Positions 29,226-42,512 of a stretch of 64,000 bases of DNA are shown here, one piece after another; within the stretch, counting starts at the first letter, position 1, and every line of letters starts with the position of its first letter. The stretch comes from the human T2T-CHM13v2.0 reference genome, Homo sapiens, in assembly GCF_009914755.1 (NCBI RefSeq), contig NC_060932.1. One strand, 5' to 3'. The notes under the pieces were generated by a model. It was not told where the DNA came from. It saw only the letters and a program-made list of their open reading frames with translations, and searched no databases. The translations under genes were made by a program, and so were the position numbers.

Positions 29226-29540
29226 GGCCTGGGCACGTGGTGGCTTACACCTGTAATCCCAGCACTTTGGGAGGCCAAAGCAGGCAGATCATGAGGTCAG
29301 GGGTTTGAGACCAACCTGGCCAACATGGTGAAACCCTGTCTCTACTAAAAATACAAAAATTAGCTGGAGGTGGTGGCACATGCCTGTAATCCCAGCTACC
29401 CAGGAGGCTGAGGCAGGAGAATCACTTGAACCCGGAGGCGGAGGTTGCAGTGAGCCTAGACTGCCTAGACTGGGCCATTACACTCCAGTCTGGGTGACAG
29501 AGCAATACTCCATCTCAAAAAAAAAAAAAAAAAAAAAAAA
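29226..29540 (+). mobile_element. AluS inserted into a MIR (MIR halves at ~29125-29225 and ~29541-29670)
   Basis: Dimeric Alu with A-tail. TSD 'atccttta' (29218-29225 / 29541-29548). Internal 9-bp duplication gcctagact x2 (29454-29471). Confidence 0.92.
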
Positions 29541-30544
29541 ATCCTTTAAGATAGGTACTGTTAGCCCAATTGTGTTTTAGTAGATGAGGAAATTAAGACA
29601 CAGAGTAGTTAAGAACATTGTTGAAAGTCATATTGTTAATGAATGACATTGCCTGGACTTGATCCAGGATGTTATATATTGAGTAGATAACCAGGCATTT
29701 TTAAAGAATTAAAAGTGAAATTGCCCAAATGAATTAAAATACAAAAGAATATAAATTTCATAAAAAAAGAAACTTGTGTACATCTGAACTCAATACCTGA
29801 ATAGGAGGAATTTAAGACACTGGAAAGATAAAGACATATAGGTGGTTTCTAACAGGAGATTAAAGAATAGGCAGACAACGCTGCAAAAGGCTTTGCATAA
29901 ACTATAGAGAAAATAAGTCTATAAATAGGTTCGTTTGTTATGTTTTTGAGTATGAATAATTGGGAGAACAACATTGCTGAATTCCTGTTAGAAATCACAT
30001 ATAGACAACCTAGGATGATGACGAATGACCATCAATGGAAGCCTCAGCTTTGCAATTCTGAACAATGATTTTAAAAAAATCATTATTCTCCCCTTTCCCC
30101 ATATTTTCCTCTCCCCATCCCAAGCCTCTGATAATCACTTGCTTGATTGAATCTTTCTACAATCGATACATAAAGAAAAACATCACATTGTACTCCATAA
30201 ATATATACAATTACTATTTGTCAATTTAAAATAAAGAATAAATAATTTTTTAAAAATTTAAAAATTATCTCTCACACACACATACATGTGCACACACACA
30301 TAATGCAGTTTGCATTTTTATTCTAATTGCCAATATTCATAACTTGATCAATGGTCAAATACTTGTCCCTCCAACTCTTCTATTTTCTTTCTATTCCCTT
30401 ATGTATTCATATCAGAATGAGACCTTGCAGCCATGAAAATCAGGTACATTAACTTTAGTACATTTCAACAAAAATACATCAAAAAACTTCTTTTAAGCAA
30501 TGCCAGTATGCCATACTCACACAAAAAAATAAACATATAACGAG

Positions 30545-30770
30545 AAACTTTATTATGTATTATTTACCAAAGGCCTCTATGTGCTGGGCCCTTTATAAGC
30601 ATTATTTCTAATACTACATGTAACATACATGTTTATGCACTTTAACTTGAGGAAGCTAAGAATCGAAGAAGTTAAAAAGACTTGACCAAGGTCCTAGAGC
30701 CAGAACTGTCTGAGTTAGAATTTAAACCCCTTTCAACTGACCCCAAAGACCCAACTCCTGCTGTGGTATG
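30545..30770 (-). mobile_element. MIR SINE
   Basis: 'ctctatgtgctgggccc...tgaggaagctaag...gacttgaccaaggtc...ctgaccccaaag'. Confidence 0.65.
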
Positions 30771-32529
30771 ATTCTGTCTTGTCAGTGCATGAAACTCATC
30801 AGAACACAGCCACCATCTCTAGGGATTTTTATGACTAGAAAAAAGTCACGTAATAAAATGATTGAGGACACCAAGACAAATTTAGAATTGGAGAAAGAAT
30901 AAAGATAAAAGGTATCATAGGCTACCCAAGATATATTAATCCATAAGAAAATTGTGTTAAACATATGTCACAAACAAGTTACATTAGGATATTATTTGAA
31001 AACACATAGTAAACATAGACTAAAATGGCTATCCAGACCCTGAGAGGCACTAAATTGTTGTGGACACATTTTGAGAAATAGACCAGCCAATGCCTTCTTA
31101 CTGCATGCAAAGAACTTAGAACAGTGTCTGGCTTATAGCAAATGCTATATAAATGTTTGTTGTTGTTTAGCAACTTATTAAAATTGCCTCATTGCAACCT
31201 TCAGTAACAGATTCTTGTAGCCCTCATTCTTTCTCTTCCTTGGCCACAGAGAGTGGAAAACTAACTCAAACAAGGCCAGTTGGATTTTCTCTACCAGACG
31301 TTTATCTGGAGATTGTTCATTGTCTCTGTTAGCATCAAACTGAGTAGACAATTAGGGGACTGAAAAGGCCATTTTCTACTATGTGTACAAGAACGTCAAA
31401 CTGCTGAGAGAGAGGAAAATGAAGGAGCAGAGAGAGGGAGAGAGAGAGAATGTGAGAGCAGAAACGCCATATAGGCCCAGAGGGAGAGAGACATACAGGG
31501 AGGCTGCAGTGGAGCAGGGCAACCTCACACTTCTGCTTCCAGCTCTCTGTAAGGTCTGACTTCACTTCTCTCGTTGGGTCATTGTACCTTTCAACATATT
31601 TTCATTTTTGCTGAAATTATTTGAGTGGGTTTTGGTGACAATCAAATGATTGCTGATTAGAACAAAAATATATATTCCAAAAGAAAGGGAATACTAAGAA
31701 AACTTGTAAGAAGCTCAAATACCCACGTTCTAATTTATTTACTTCAGAAGAACCCTCAAGGGTAACTTTAGATTGAAGTTGTTCTTGTAATACCCTGGGT
31801 AGAAATGAATTGACTGTGAGGGCCATTGAGTACACTTCAGTAGTTTGAGATTTAGACCTGTGCACTTTCTGAAAGGCTGTCTGGAACATTTTTCTGTAAG
31901 CAGTGCTACTGTAATGCACAAGACTGTATCTTGGTGTACTGAAAGGATTAAAGAGTTTCTTATTATTAACAAGCTTTCTACTAAGAAATGAATTGGGTAT
32001 TGGTCAAAAAAGAGGATTCTAACAAAGACTGCAGTACCTGGATGCTGTTGATGTAACAGCAGAGGAATATTAATACAAATTTTGGAGAGCTTAAGCCTTG
32101 TGGGAAACATATGTGAACTGAGAGGAAGAAAATATTTTCCATTTCTTCCAAAGATTCTATATACTTTAGGTCAATACTGATAATGCAAAAAGAAATCTGA
32201 GCCTACCTCTAAGCACAATCATGGAGATACTCTGTTCCTTTGGACTTCGTTTGCCTCACAGTCATCATTGTCTTATATAGATCTCTTCTAAGGGAATATG
32301 CATGAATCAAAAATAGACTAAGAGCTATATTTTCTTCAGTTTTATGTTCAATGAATTTGCCTAACTCACAAATCCTGTTAGTCTAGTGTAGATGAATCTT
32401 CTGTCTCTTTTGAGGTTTACTTCTAATAAATAGGCTGTGATATGAAGTTTGAGTGCGCATGCTTCTGCTGTGGCTATAAAATGGTGAGCGTGATTTCTAT
32501 TATCCACAACAAAAAACAGTCTTTCCATT

Positions 32530-32555
32530 ACACACACACACACACACACACACAC
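32530..32555. repeat. (AC)n microsatellite
   Basis: Perfect AC run of ~13 units. Confidence 0.9.
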
Positions 32556-33489
32556 TATAGTGATTTATATATAATTTTAATGTGCTGAGGGCTACCTCAG
32601 CCAGGCTGCAGGAGTTCTTCTAGATTCTAGCTCATCATCAGTAAAGATTTCTTTACCCCCCTCCCTTCCATGAACTTATCTGTTCCACATTTTCTCACCA
32701 CACTACTGCACCTTTCCAAGGTCCTCTTCCTAGAAATTCTACTCCCAAACCCTAGAATCTCCTTCTTATCCCTTCATACCAGTACAATGATTTCTGTCTT
32801 GTAGGACACCACTTCCTAAATTGTGGAAAATAAACTAGTAGCCCGATGAAGAGTCTCCACTCACACCTTTGTGTATTTAGGCAAGCAAGGAGGAAAGGTA
32901 AGTTACTGACATCCCAAGTTAGAATTCCAAATGTAATTTTTCAATAGAAGCAATAATATAAATAAAAAATAGATATTTAATGTTATTAGTATTGTTCTTC
33001 AGTTTCTTTCACTCATTTTATTAATTTATTGATTTAACAAAACATTTGCTTGTCTTCTGCATTCCAGGCACCACTCATGAGTCTGGGGATAAGATCATAT
33101 GCAAACAGATAAAATTATGAATGTTTTATGGATTGGTTTTAATACATAAGCATGACATATAACATTGATTCTATAGGAAATTGTGATAACCAACTTACAA
33201 CATATAAAAATCCTGTCAATTATTTGAGGAATTCATAGATATGTCCATATCTGTGCATATATAAATGCTAATTTCTCAGTCAACAATGTAATAGTCCATT
33301 CATTCATAGACATATAGATAAATATGCATCTATCCATATAGTACACCATAGGAACTGGTGTCCAGACCTCAAATCACTGGACATAACCTCATCTCATTTT
33401 TCTCCAAGACACCATATCAAATTTCTAAAATGTATTTTAAGTCTAAAATAAAGTTCCAAATCTAAATACTTTTTAGGTTTCTCTATGAA

Positions 33490-33720
33490 TAATGCATAGT
33501 TACTAAAGGCATGTGCTTTAGAATCAGACAGACCTGGGTCCAAATCTTAGTATTTTTGTTACTTTGCACAAGTTATTAGACTCTCCCAAGCACTAAACTT
33601 CCACTTATTTATATTACCTACTAATGTTTGCCTATTAATATTAAGTATTCACCTATTAATATTAAATGGGAACAACAGTACCTATCTCATAAGGTTGACA
33701 TGATAATTGAATCAAACCAA
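33490..33720 (+). mobile_element. MIR SINE
   Basis: 'gctttagaatcagacagacctgggtccaaatc...aaatgggaacaacagtacctatctcataaggttg'. Confidence 0.7.
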
Positions 33721-34064
33721 ATATAAACATTACAAATGTGTATATCTTAAGCCACTAGTACAAGGTAAACATTTTAAAAAATTATACATATTTATATGAA
33801 ATGGTTATACCTCACTTATTTGTGAGCCAAACATCAGAAAGAACTAATTGATTTGGAATCCAGTTGGAACAATAGGCTCTTCATCCTCTTCTAATGAAAG
33901 TACATAGGAACATGAAAGTAGATAAGTCCTATTTTGTAGTTAGGTAATTTTATTTTTCTTTACATCTCTAATTCTTACGATTTTATCATGCTTCATAATA
34001 TGTGTTTAAATATTCCCTTTTACCAGGCTTGAAGGAGGCAAATATAGTAATTCCATGAATACAC

Positions 34065-36269
34065 TGATATGGTTTGGCTCTGTATCCCCACCCAAATCCC
34101 ACCTTGAATTGTAATAATCCCCATGTATCAAGGGCAGGACCAGGTGGAGGTAATTGGATCATGAGGGCAGTTTCCCCCATGCTGCTCTCATAATAAGTGA
34201 GTGAGTTCTCACAAGATATGATGGTTTTATAAGCAACTGGCATTTTTCCTGCTTGTACTCACTCCATTCTGCTGTACTGTGAAGACGGTGCCTCCTTCTC
34301 TTTTGCCTTCTGCCATGATTTTCCTGAGGCCTCCCCAGCAATGCAGAACTGTGAGTCAATTAAACCTTTTTCCTTTATAAATTACCCAGTCTCAGATATT
34401 TCTTCATAGCAGTGTGAAAACAGACTAATACAGTATATTGGTACCAGGAGTGGGACGCTCCTATAAGGATACCCAAAAATGCAGAAGCAACTTTGGAACT
34501 GGGTAACAGACAGAGGTTGGAAAAGTTTGGAGGGCTCAGAAGAAGACAAGAAAATATGGGAAAGTTGGAACTTCCTGGAAACTTGTTGAATGGTTTTGAC
34601 CAAGACACTGATAGTTATATGGGCAATGAAGTCCAGGCTGAGGTAGTCTCAGATGGAGATGATGAACTTCTTGGGAACTGGAGTAAAAGTGACTCTTGCT
34701 ATGCTTTAGCAAAGAGACTGGCAGCATTTTGCCCCTGCCTTAGCAATCTGTGGAACTTTGAACTTGAGAGAGATGATTTAGGGTATCTGGCAGAAGAAAT
34801 TTCTAAGCAGCAAAGCATTCAAGAAGAAGAACAGAACAGAAAAGTTTGAAAAATTTTGCAACCTGACAATACAATAGAAAAGAAAAATCCATTTTTTGGG
34901 TAGAAATTCAAGCCCACTGCAGAAATTTGCATAAGTAATGAGAAACCAAATGTTAATCAACAGGACAATGGAGAAAATGTCTCCAGGGCATGTCAGAGAA
35001 CATCACAGCAGCCTGGAGGCCTGGAGGGAAGGCTAGAAAAATGGAAGGAGGCCTAGGAAGAAAAAATGGTTTCCTAGGCCAGGCCCAGTTCCCACCTGCT
35101 CTGTGCAGCCTTGGAACATGGTGCCCTGCATCCTAGCTGCTTCAGCTCCAGCTCTGGCTAAATGGGGCCAATGTACAACTGGAGCCATCACTTCAGGGGG
35201 TGCAGGCCCCAAGCCTTGGGAGCTTACATGTGGTGTTGAGCCTGGATGTCCAGGCAAAAGTTTGCTGCTGGGATGAAGCCCTCATAGAGAACCTCTGCTA
35301 GGGCAGTGCAGAAGGAAAATGTGGGGTTGGAGTCCCCACACAGATTCCCCATTGGGGCATTGTCTAGTGGAGCTGTGAGAATATGGCCACCATCATCCAG
35401 ATCCCAGAATGGTAGGTCCACTTACGGCTTGCATCGTGAACCTGAAAAAGCTGCAGACACTCAATGCCAGCCCATGGAAGCAGCTGGGAGGGGTCCTGGA
35501 CCCTGCAAAGCCACAGGGGTGGAGCTGTCCAAGGTTGTGGGAGTCCTGAATGTGAGACATGGAATCAAAGGAGATCATTTAGGAATTTTAAGGTTTAATG
35601 AGGGCCCTATTGGATTCCAGACTTGATGGGACCTGTAGCCCCTTCATTTTGTCCAATTTATCCGATTTGGAATGGGTGTATTTACCCAATGCCTGTACTT
35701 CCATCGTATCTAGGAAGTAACTAACTTGCTTTTGATTTTACAGGCTAAAAGGCAGAAGGGACTTGTCTCAGATAAGACTTCGGACTTTGAGGTTGGGGCT
35801 AATACTGGAATGTTAAGACTTTGGGGGACTGTTGGAAGGGCATGATTGTGTTTTGAAATGTGAGGACATGAGATTTGGGAGGGACCAAAAGTGGAGTGAT
35901 ATGATTTGGTTCTGTGTTCCCACCCAAATCTCACCTTGAATTGTAATAATCCCCACATATCAAGGGCAGGGAGCAGGTGGAGGTAATTGAATCATGGGTG
36001 CAGTTTCCTCTATGCTGTTCTTGTGATAATAAGTGAGTCTTATGAGATCTAATGGTTTTATAAGCATCTGGCATTTCCCCTGCTTGCACTCACTTCATCC
36101 TGCTGCCCTGTGAAAAAAAGGTGCCTTCTTCTCCTTCCCCTTCCACCTGATTGTAAGTTTCCTGAGGCTTCCCTAGCAATGTGAAAATGTGAGTCAATTA
36201 AACCTCTTTCCTTTATAATTACCTAGTCTCTGGCATTTCTTCATAGCAGTGTGAGAACAGACTAATACA
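34065..36269 (+). mobile_element. Full-length THE1 (THE1D-like) MaLR: 5' LTR 34065-34432, internal 34433-35896, 3' LTR 35897-36269
   Basis: Two homologous LTRs, each TGATATG...CTAATACA. THE1-int peptide 'ELLGNWSKSDSCYALAKRLAAFCPCL..LWNFELERDDLGYLAEEISKQQS' (ORF 34493..34849). Purine-rich tract precedes the 3' LTR. Confidence 0.95.
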
Positions 36270-37724
36270 CATACAGACCTGAGAATTCATATGAACACTC
36301 CATTCAAACTCCAAAAAAACAGCTAGAAGTCGTATTTTTTTCTTAATTAAATCTTTAAGTCCATTTGACCAAACCTAGGGGTCAGAAATGGATCAAAATG
36401 ATATATGAATTGTCAAATAACCACTCCGACAAATGATCTCCTTACAGGATTTAGAAATGACATTGATTGAAAAATGGCATGCTATTTATCACATAAGGCT
36501 GTTAGCTAAGACATCTTTTTAACACAGCTTTCTAACACCTCTCTCCCCAGGGTAGCATTGCAACATACACCACTAGCCTAGGATTGAGATAGTTCTGAAG
36601 GAGAAATACGTTTGTCTGCCACTCTCCCTGAAAAGCTTCTGTGTTGAGGACACAAGTTCGTATGTCTTTGTCCCAGGAATCCGTCCTCTAGATCATTTCT
36701 TCAGCTTTTGACATCTGAGGAAAAGTTCTTGTCACTCAAACACCAAGCAGGAAAGAACCAAAACTGATGTTTAATTAACCTTCTTAGTGGAAAATTAAAA
36801 CGACTCTTTTCCCAGTAATAAGAGTCTTTTTAAACCCTGAGAGAGGGAGCAGTGGAGTCAATTAAAATCAAAAACCTTAGGCAGAAGCAAGAATACCTAA
36901 CCCCAGGGTTGAAAGTGTTCCATCTAATCTGGCATTGTCAATGCTGGAGGTGGTGATTCACCAAAGGGAGGAAACCTCTTCCTAAGTGGTTGAATTTTTA
37001 GGCACTAAATATAAAGAGAATTCAAAGTTTCTCTAATTTCACACAGTACCCTGGCCTTAAATGTGAAGGGCAGAATTCCTTCTTCACCAGAATTTTAAGA
37101 ATTTATTATCCTTGTGCCCTGCCTTCTGCACAAGTAATTTTACCCCTCCATATTTGTATGTTGTGCTTAATCTACTCAGCTTGATTTGCTAGTCTTTTAG
37201 GTCTATCTTGAAAATAAGAATTAGGACAACGCTAATAATATCAAAGTGTAGACATAAAAGAAGCACAATCATTTTGTTTTACCTGCATAGTTTCTTCCAT
37301 CTTGTTTTTGCAGAATCCATATCCATATATGTATCTTTGCAGATTCTGTGCATAAACCAATAATAACCTGTATATTGAAAAATACATTGAAATAATCTCA
37401 TTGTATATCTCTTTCTCTCATTAAGCTATAAGATCCTAATTACAGAGTCTGTGTCTTATACATGTTTGTAGCATGACATATGATAATATCTGGAAATTTT
37501 ACTTCTGTTTTTAATATATTTGCATTTAAATAAGAGCTACCATGAAATATTTATAGAAAATTCAAGGATGAGTTTGGGTTGACACTATTTAAAACGAAGG
37601 CAGTTCGTGTCTGTCAAATATTAAAAACAACATCTAGCTCTGATAACCGAAATGTTTGTATGAACTTTTGAACTTGAAAAGTACATCATTTTCTAGGACA
37701 GAAGTGGCATTCTAAATCAGTGAG

Positions 37725-37864
37725 GGAAACGTAGGCACAGTGGCATGCACCTGTAGTCCCAGCTACTCAGGAGGCTGAGGTAGGAGGATTCCTTCAGCCC
37801 AAGAATTTAAGGCCAGCCTGGGCAACTCAGTGAAACCCCATCTCAAAACAAAACAAAACAAAAA
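37725..37864 (+). mobile_element. FLAM (free left Alu monomer)
   Basis: Single ~120-bp monomer with (AAAAC)n tail. TSD 'aaatcagtgag' at 37714-37724 and 37862-37872. Confidence 0.85.
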
Positions 37865-38962
37865 TCAGTGAGTAAAAAATGGATGCTTTAAAATGATGCT
37901 TGAGAAAAAAAAGATAAAACTAAATCTTCATTTCAAACTGAAAACAAATAGATCAAAGATCAAAAATGTAAAAATTTTTAAAACCATACAATAGAAAAAT
38001 AAATGAGAATAAATTTTTTTTATAACCTGAGAGTTGGAAATATATTCCTAGTTCAAAATTTAGAAGCAATAAAAGAAGTAAAGTCTGACTACACTAAATA
38101 AGAAATTAAAAATTGGTATACAAAAAGATTATAAACAAAGACAAAGGACAAACTAAGAAAAAATACATGCAATTTATGTCACAGACAAAGGGATATTTCT
38201 ATGGTACATAGAAACATGGGTAAAAGATGTGGACAAACAGAACACAGAAGAAATGGAACACATGAGAAGATAATCAACCTAACTCACAAATTAAAATTTA
38301 ATTAAGAGATCACTTCGCACCTATAAGAATTGCAAAAATCCAAAAATTAGACAATATATTATTTAATTGTCATGGAGCAACCACATGAGTTGGAAATGCA
38401 AAAGTGTAATATAAATAGAGGGGGATTTGACAATATCTAGAAAAATTACTTATACATTCTCTTTTTGACTCAGCAATTTCATTTCTAGGAATCTGCCCAA
38501 AAAAAAGTAAAACTATGAAGTGTTTTATGCACAAGATTATTCACCATAGAATAATTTTAATACTTAACTGGAAATAATTCAAATGTCCATTAATAGAGAC
38601 TGGCTAAATAAATTATGGTAAACTAATACTATATAGCCATAAAAAGGAATAAAGAAGAATGCTATACACTGATATGAAATATTCTCTAGGATATACTATT
38701 AAATGAAAAAATGCAGAATAGCTTATATAATGTGCTATCTTTATATAAGAAAAAGAATTTGCATTTATTTAGCAAATTACATTTGTAAAGGGAATTTTTT
38801 TACTAACCAACAACTGGTTATAAAAAATGAGTAGCTATAAAAAGAGAAAAGAAAGAGAATACAAGGAATTGCAATTGAACCAAAAGCCCTAAAATATGAA
38901 AACAAAGCAAAAACAAGCTAATTGTTTATCAAATTAGAGATATAAACACAAAAAAATTCTTT

Positions 38963-39199
38963 TTTTTATTATACTTTAAGTTTTAGGGTACATGTGCACA
39001 TTGTGCAGGTTAGTTACATATGTATACATGTGCCATTCTCACTCATAGGTGGGAATTGAACAATGAGATCACATGGACACAGGAAGGGGAATATCACACT
39101 CTGGGGACTGTGGTGGGGTGGGGGGAGGGGGGAGGGATAGCACTGGGAGATATACCTAATGATAGATGACGAGTTAGTGGGTGCAGTGCACCAGCATGG
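38963..39199 (-). mobile_element. Short young L1 (L1PA2-like) 3'UTR insertion with 5' inversion
   Basis: 38963-39037 is the antisense extreme 3' end; 39038-39203 is the preceding 3'UTR in the opposite orientation. Perfect 16-bp TSD cacaaaaaaattcttt (38947-38962 / 39200-39215). 'gatgacgagttagtggg' has GAG, not the L1HS-Ta ACA. Confidence 0.92.
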
Positions 39200-42093
39200 C
39201 ACAAAAAAATTCTTTACATAGTATTTCTATTTTTTATATTTAGTGGAATATAATATATTTCATAGAGTTTGCAAGAAATCTTAACAGCAGCCTAATCATT
39301 AATCATAACATTGTTAATTTTATTTTGATATTCTATACATATTAGAATAATGCAAATATATAATTAAATTTAATGTTAAGTAAAATTTGATTTCACCTAA
39401 AATTTAATCATTCCATTAATAATTTAATATTTGATTTCACCTAAATTTAATATTGTATTAAAATTAATATTTTAATATCATTACATAAATTAATATTACA
39501 AGTAAAACTTAATATTATTAAGCAATAAAATATCCATGTAAGAGAAAAGCAATAAAAGTATATAATCAAAAAGTTGAATTAATCATATCACCAGACCAGC
39601 ATTATCCTAATACCAAAGCCAGAGAAAGACAGAAAAGAAAATTACAGACCAATATTCCTGATGATAAGCATAAATGCAAACATACTCAACAAAATACTAG
39701 CAAACCAAATTCAACAGCCCATAAAAGGATTATACACTCTGACCAAGTGGGACTTATTTCTGGGATGCAAGGATGGTACATGGTACAATGCATGCAAATC
39801 AATATATGTGATACACTATATTAATAGGATGAAGGACAAAAATCATATGATTATCTCAACAGACGCAGGAAAAGCATTTGACAAAACTCAACAGCCTTTC
39901 ATGATGCAAACTGTCAACAAATTAGATATAGAAGGAGTGTTCCTGCATATATTAAAGCTACATATGACAAGCTCATAGCTATCATCAGAATCAGTGGCAC
40001 AAAGTGGGAAGGTTTTCCTCTAATATCAGGAACAAGACAAGAATACGCACTCTCACCACTTCTATTTAACATAGTAGTGGAAGTCTTAGCCAGAATAAGG
40101 AAGCAAGAAAAAGATAAAATGCATCCAAATTGAAAGGAAATAAATAAAATTGTCTCTGTTTGGAAATGACATTATTTTATATATAGAAAATCCTAAAGAC
40201 TTCACTGAAAAATTATTGGAACTAATAAACTAATTTTGTAAAGTTTTAATATACAAAATCAACACACAAAAAGTAGTAACATTTCTGTATACTAACAATC
40301 AACTATCCAAAAAAGAAATCAATAAAACAATTCAGTTTATAATAGCATCAAAAATAAAATAAAATACTTAGAAATGAATTTAACCAAGTAGATGAAACAT
40401 CTATACACTGAAAACTACAAAACATTGATGAGAGAAATTGAAGAAGTAACAAAGGGAAAGTTATTTTGTGTTCATGATTAGAAGATTTAATATTGTTAAA
40501 ATGTCTATACTGTAATTTTAATGTACAGATTCAATGCACTCCCTATCAAAAATTTTAATGGCATTTTTCACAGAAATAGAAAAAAAATTCTAATATTCAT
40601 AGGGAGCCACAAAGGACTCTAAATAGTCAAAGCAAACTTGAGCAAAAATAACAACGCCAAAGGCATCACATTACCTGATTTCAAAATATACTTCAAAGCT
40701 ACAGTAATCAAAAATACTGGCCTAAAAACAGACATGCAGACCAATGGAAAAATATAGAGACCCAAAAATAAACCCATGCATTAATGTTCAATTGATCTTG
40801 AACCAAGCTGCCACATGATGAAGCTTTATGGGAAAGAGACACACAATAGGGAAAGGATAGTCTCTTTCAAATGATGTTGGGAAAACTTAATATTCACATG
40901 CAGAAGAATGAACTTGGACCTTTATCTCACATCATCCACAAAAGTCAACTCAAAATGGATTAAAAATCTAAATATAAGACCTGAAACTATAAAACTACTG
41001 AAAGAAAACAAAGGGGAAATATTCCTTGACACAGGCCTAGTCAATGATGTTTTATAATATGACTACAAAAACAAAGGCAACAAAACAAAAATACACAAAT
41101 AAGATTGCATCAAACCAAAATCCCGCAAAGCAAAGGAAATAATCAGTAAAGACAGTTGGAGAAAATATTGGATTTCCTATGGAATGAGAGAAAATATTAC
41201 ACACCATATATCTGATAACAAGTTAATACACAAAATATATAAATAACCAACTCAATAGCAAAAAAAGCAAATAACATGATTTTTTAAATGGGCAAGGAAC
41301 CTTAAAAGGCATTTCTCAAAAAAAGACATACAAATGAACAGGGATATGAAAAAATGGTCAATATCAGTAAATACCAGGAAAATTATATCAAAAAACTGTG
41401 AGATATCGTTTTACACTTGTTAGAATAGCTGTTATAAAAAAGATAAAAGATAACAAATATTGGCGAGCATGTGGAGAAAAGAGACCCCTTTTACACAGTT
41501 GGTGGAAATGTAAAATAGTACAATCACTAAGGAAAATAGTACAAATGTTTCTCAAAAAATTAAAAATAGAACTACCCTATGATCCAGCAATCCCACTACT
41601 GGGTATATATCCAAAGGAAATGGAATCAGTATATCAAACAAGTATCTGCACTCTCATGTTCATTATAGCATTATTCACGATAGCCAAGATATTGAATCAA
41701 CCGAAGGGTACATAAATAAGTGGATATAGAAAACATATTGTATATATACAATGGAATATTATTCAGCCTTAGAAAATAAAGAAATCTTACCATTTGTGAC
41801 AACATGGAGGAACCTAGACACCTTATGTCACCTGACATAAGCCAGGTACAGAAAAACAAATACTGCATGATCTCAGTTATATGTGGAATGTAAAAAAGTT
41901 GAATCCGCAGAATCAGAAAGTATTGGTGACTTTATCAGAATTGTTGCCAGGGGCTGGAGGTGGAGGGTTGGAATAGAGAGATGGTCAGATGGTACAAAGT
42001 TTCAGTTAGAATGAATAAGTTCTGGAGACCTATTGTACAGCATGGTGATGATACTTAATAATACTATATTATACACTTGAAAATTGCTAAGAC

Positions 42094-42481
<388 letters not shown>

Positions 42482-42512
42482 TTAAGTCGCTTGATTTAAT
42501 AATTTTACAATA

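Noticed and set aside
34493-35626. THE1-internal ORFs as a retroviral gene
   Set aside because: Fragmented remnants of the non-autonomous MaLR internal region; no pol or env motifs.
39290-39540. Very AT-rich block with repeated 'atttgatttcacctaaa'
   Set aside because: Low-complexity local duplication inside decayed L1 sequence; no independent sign of function.
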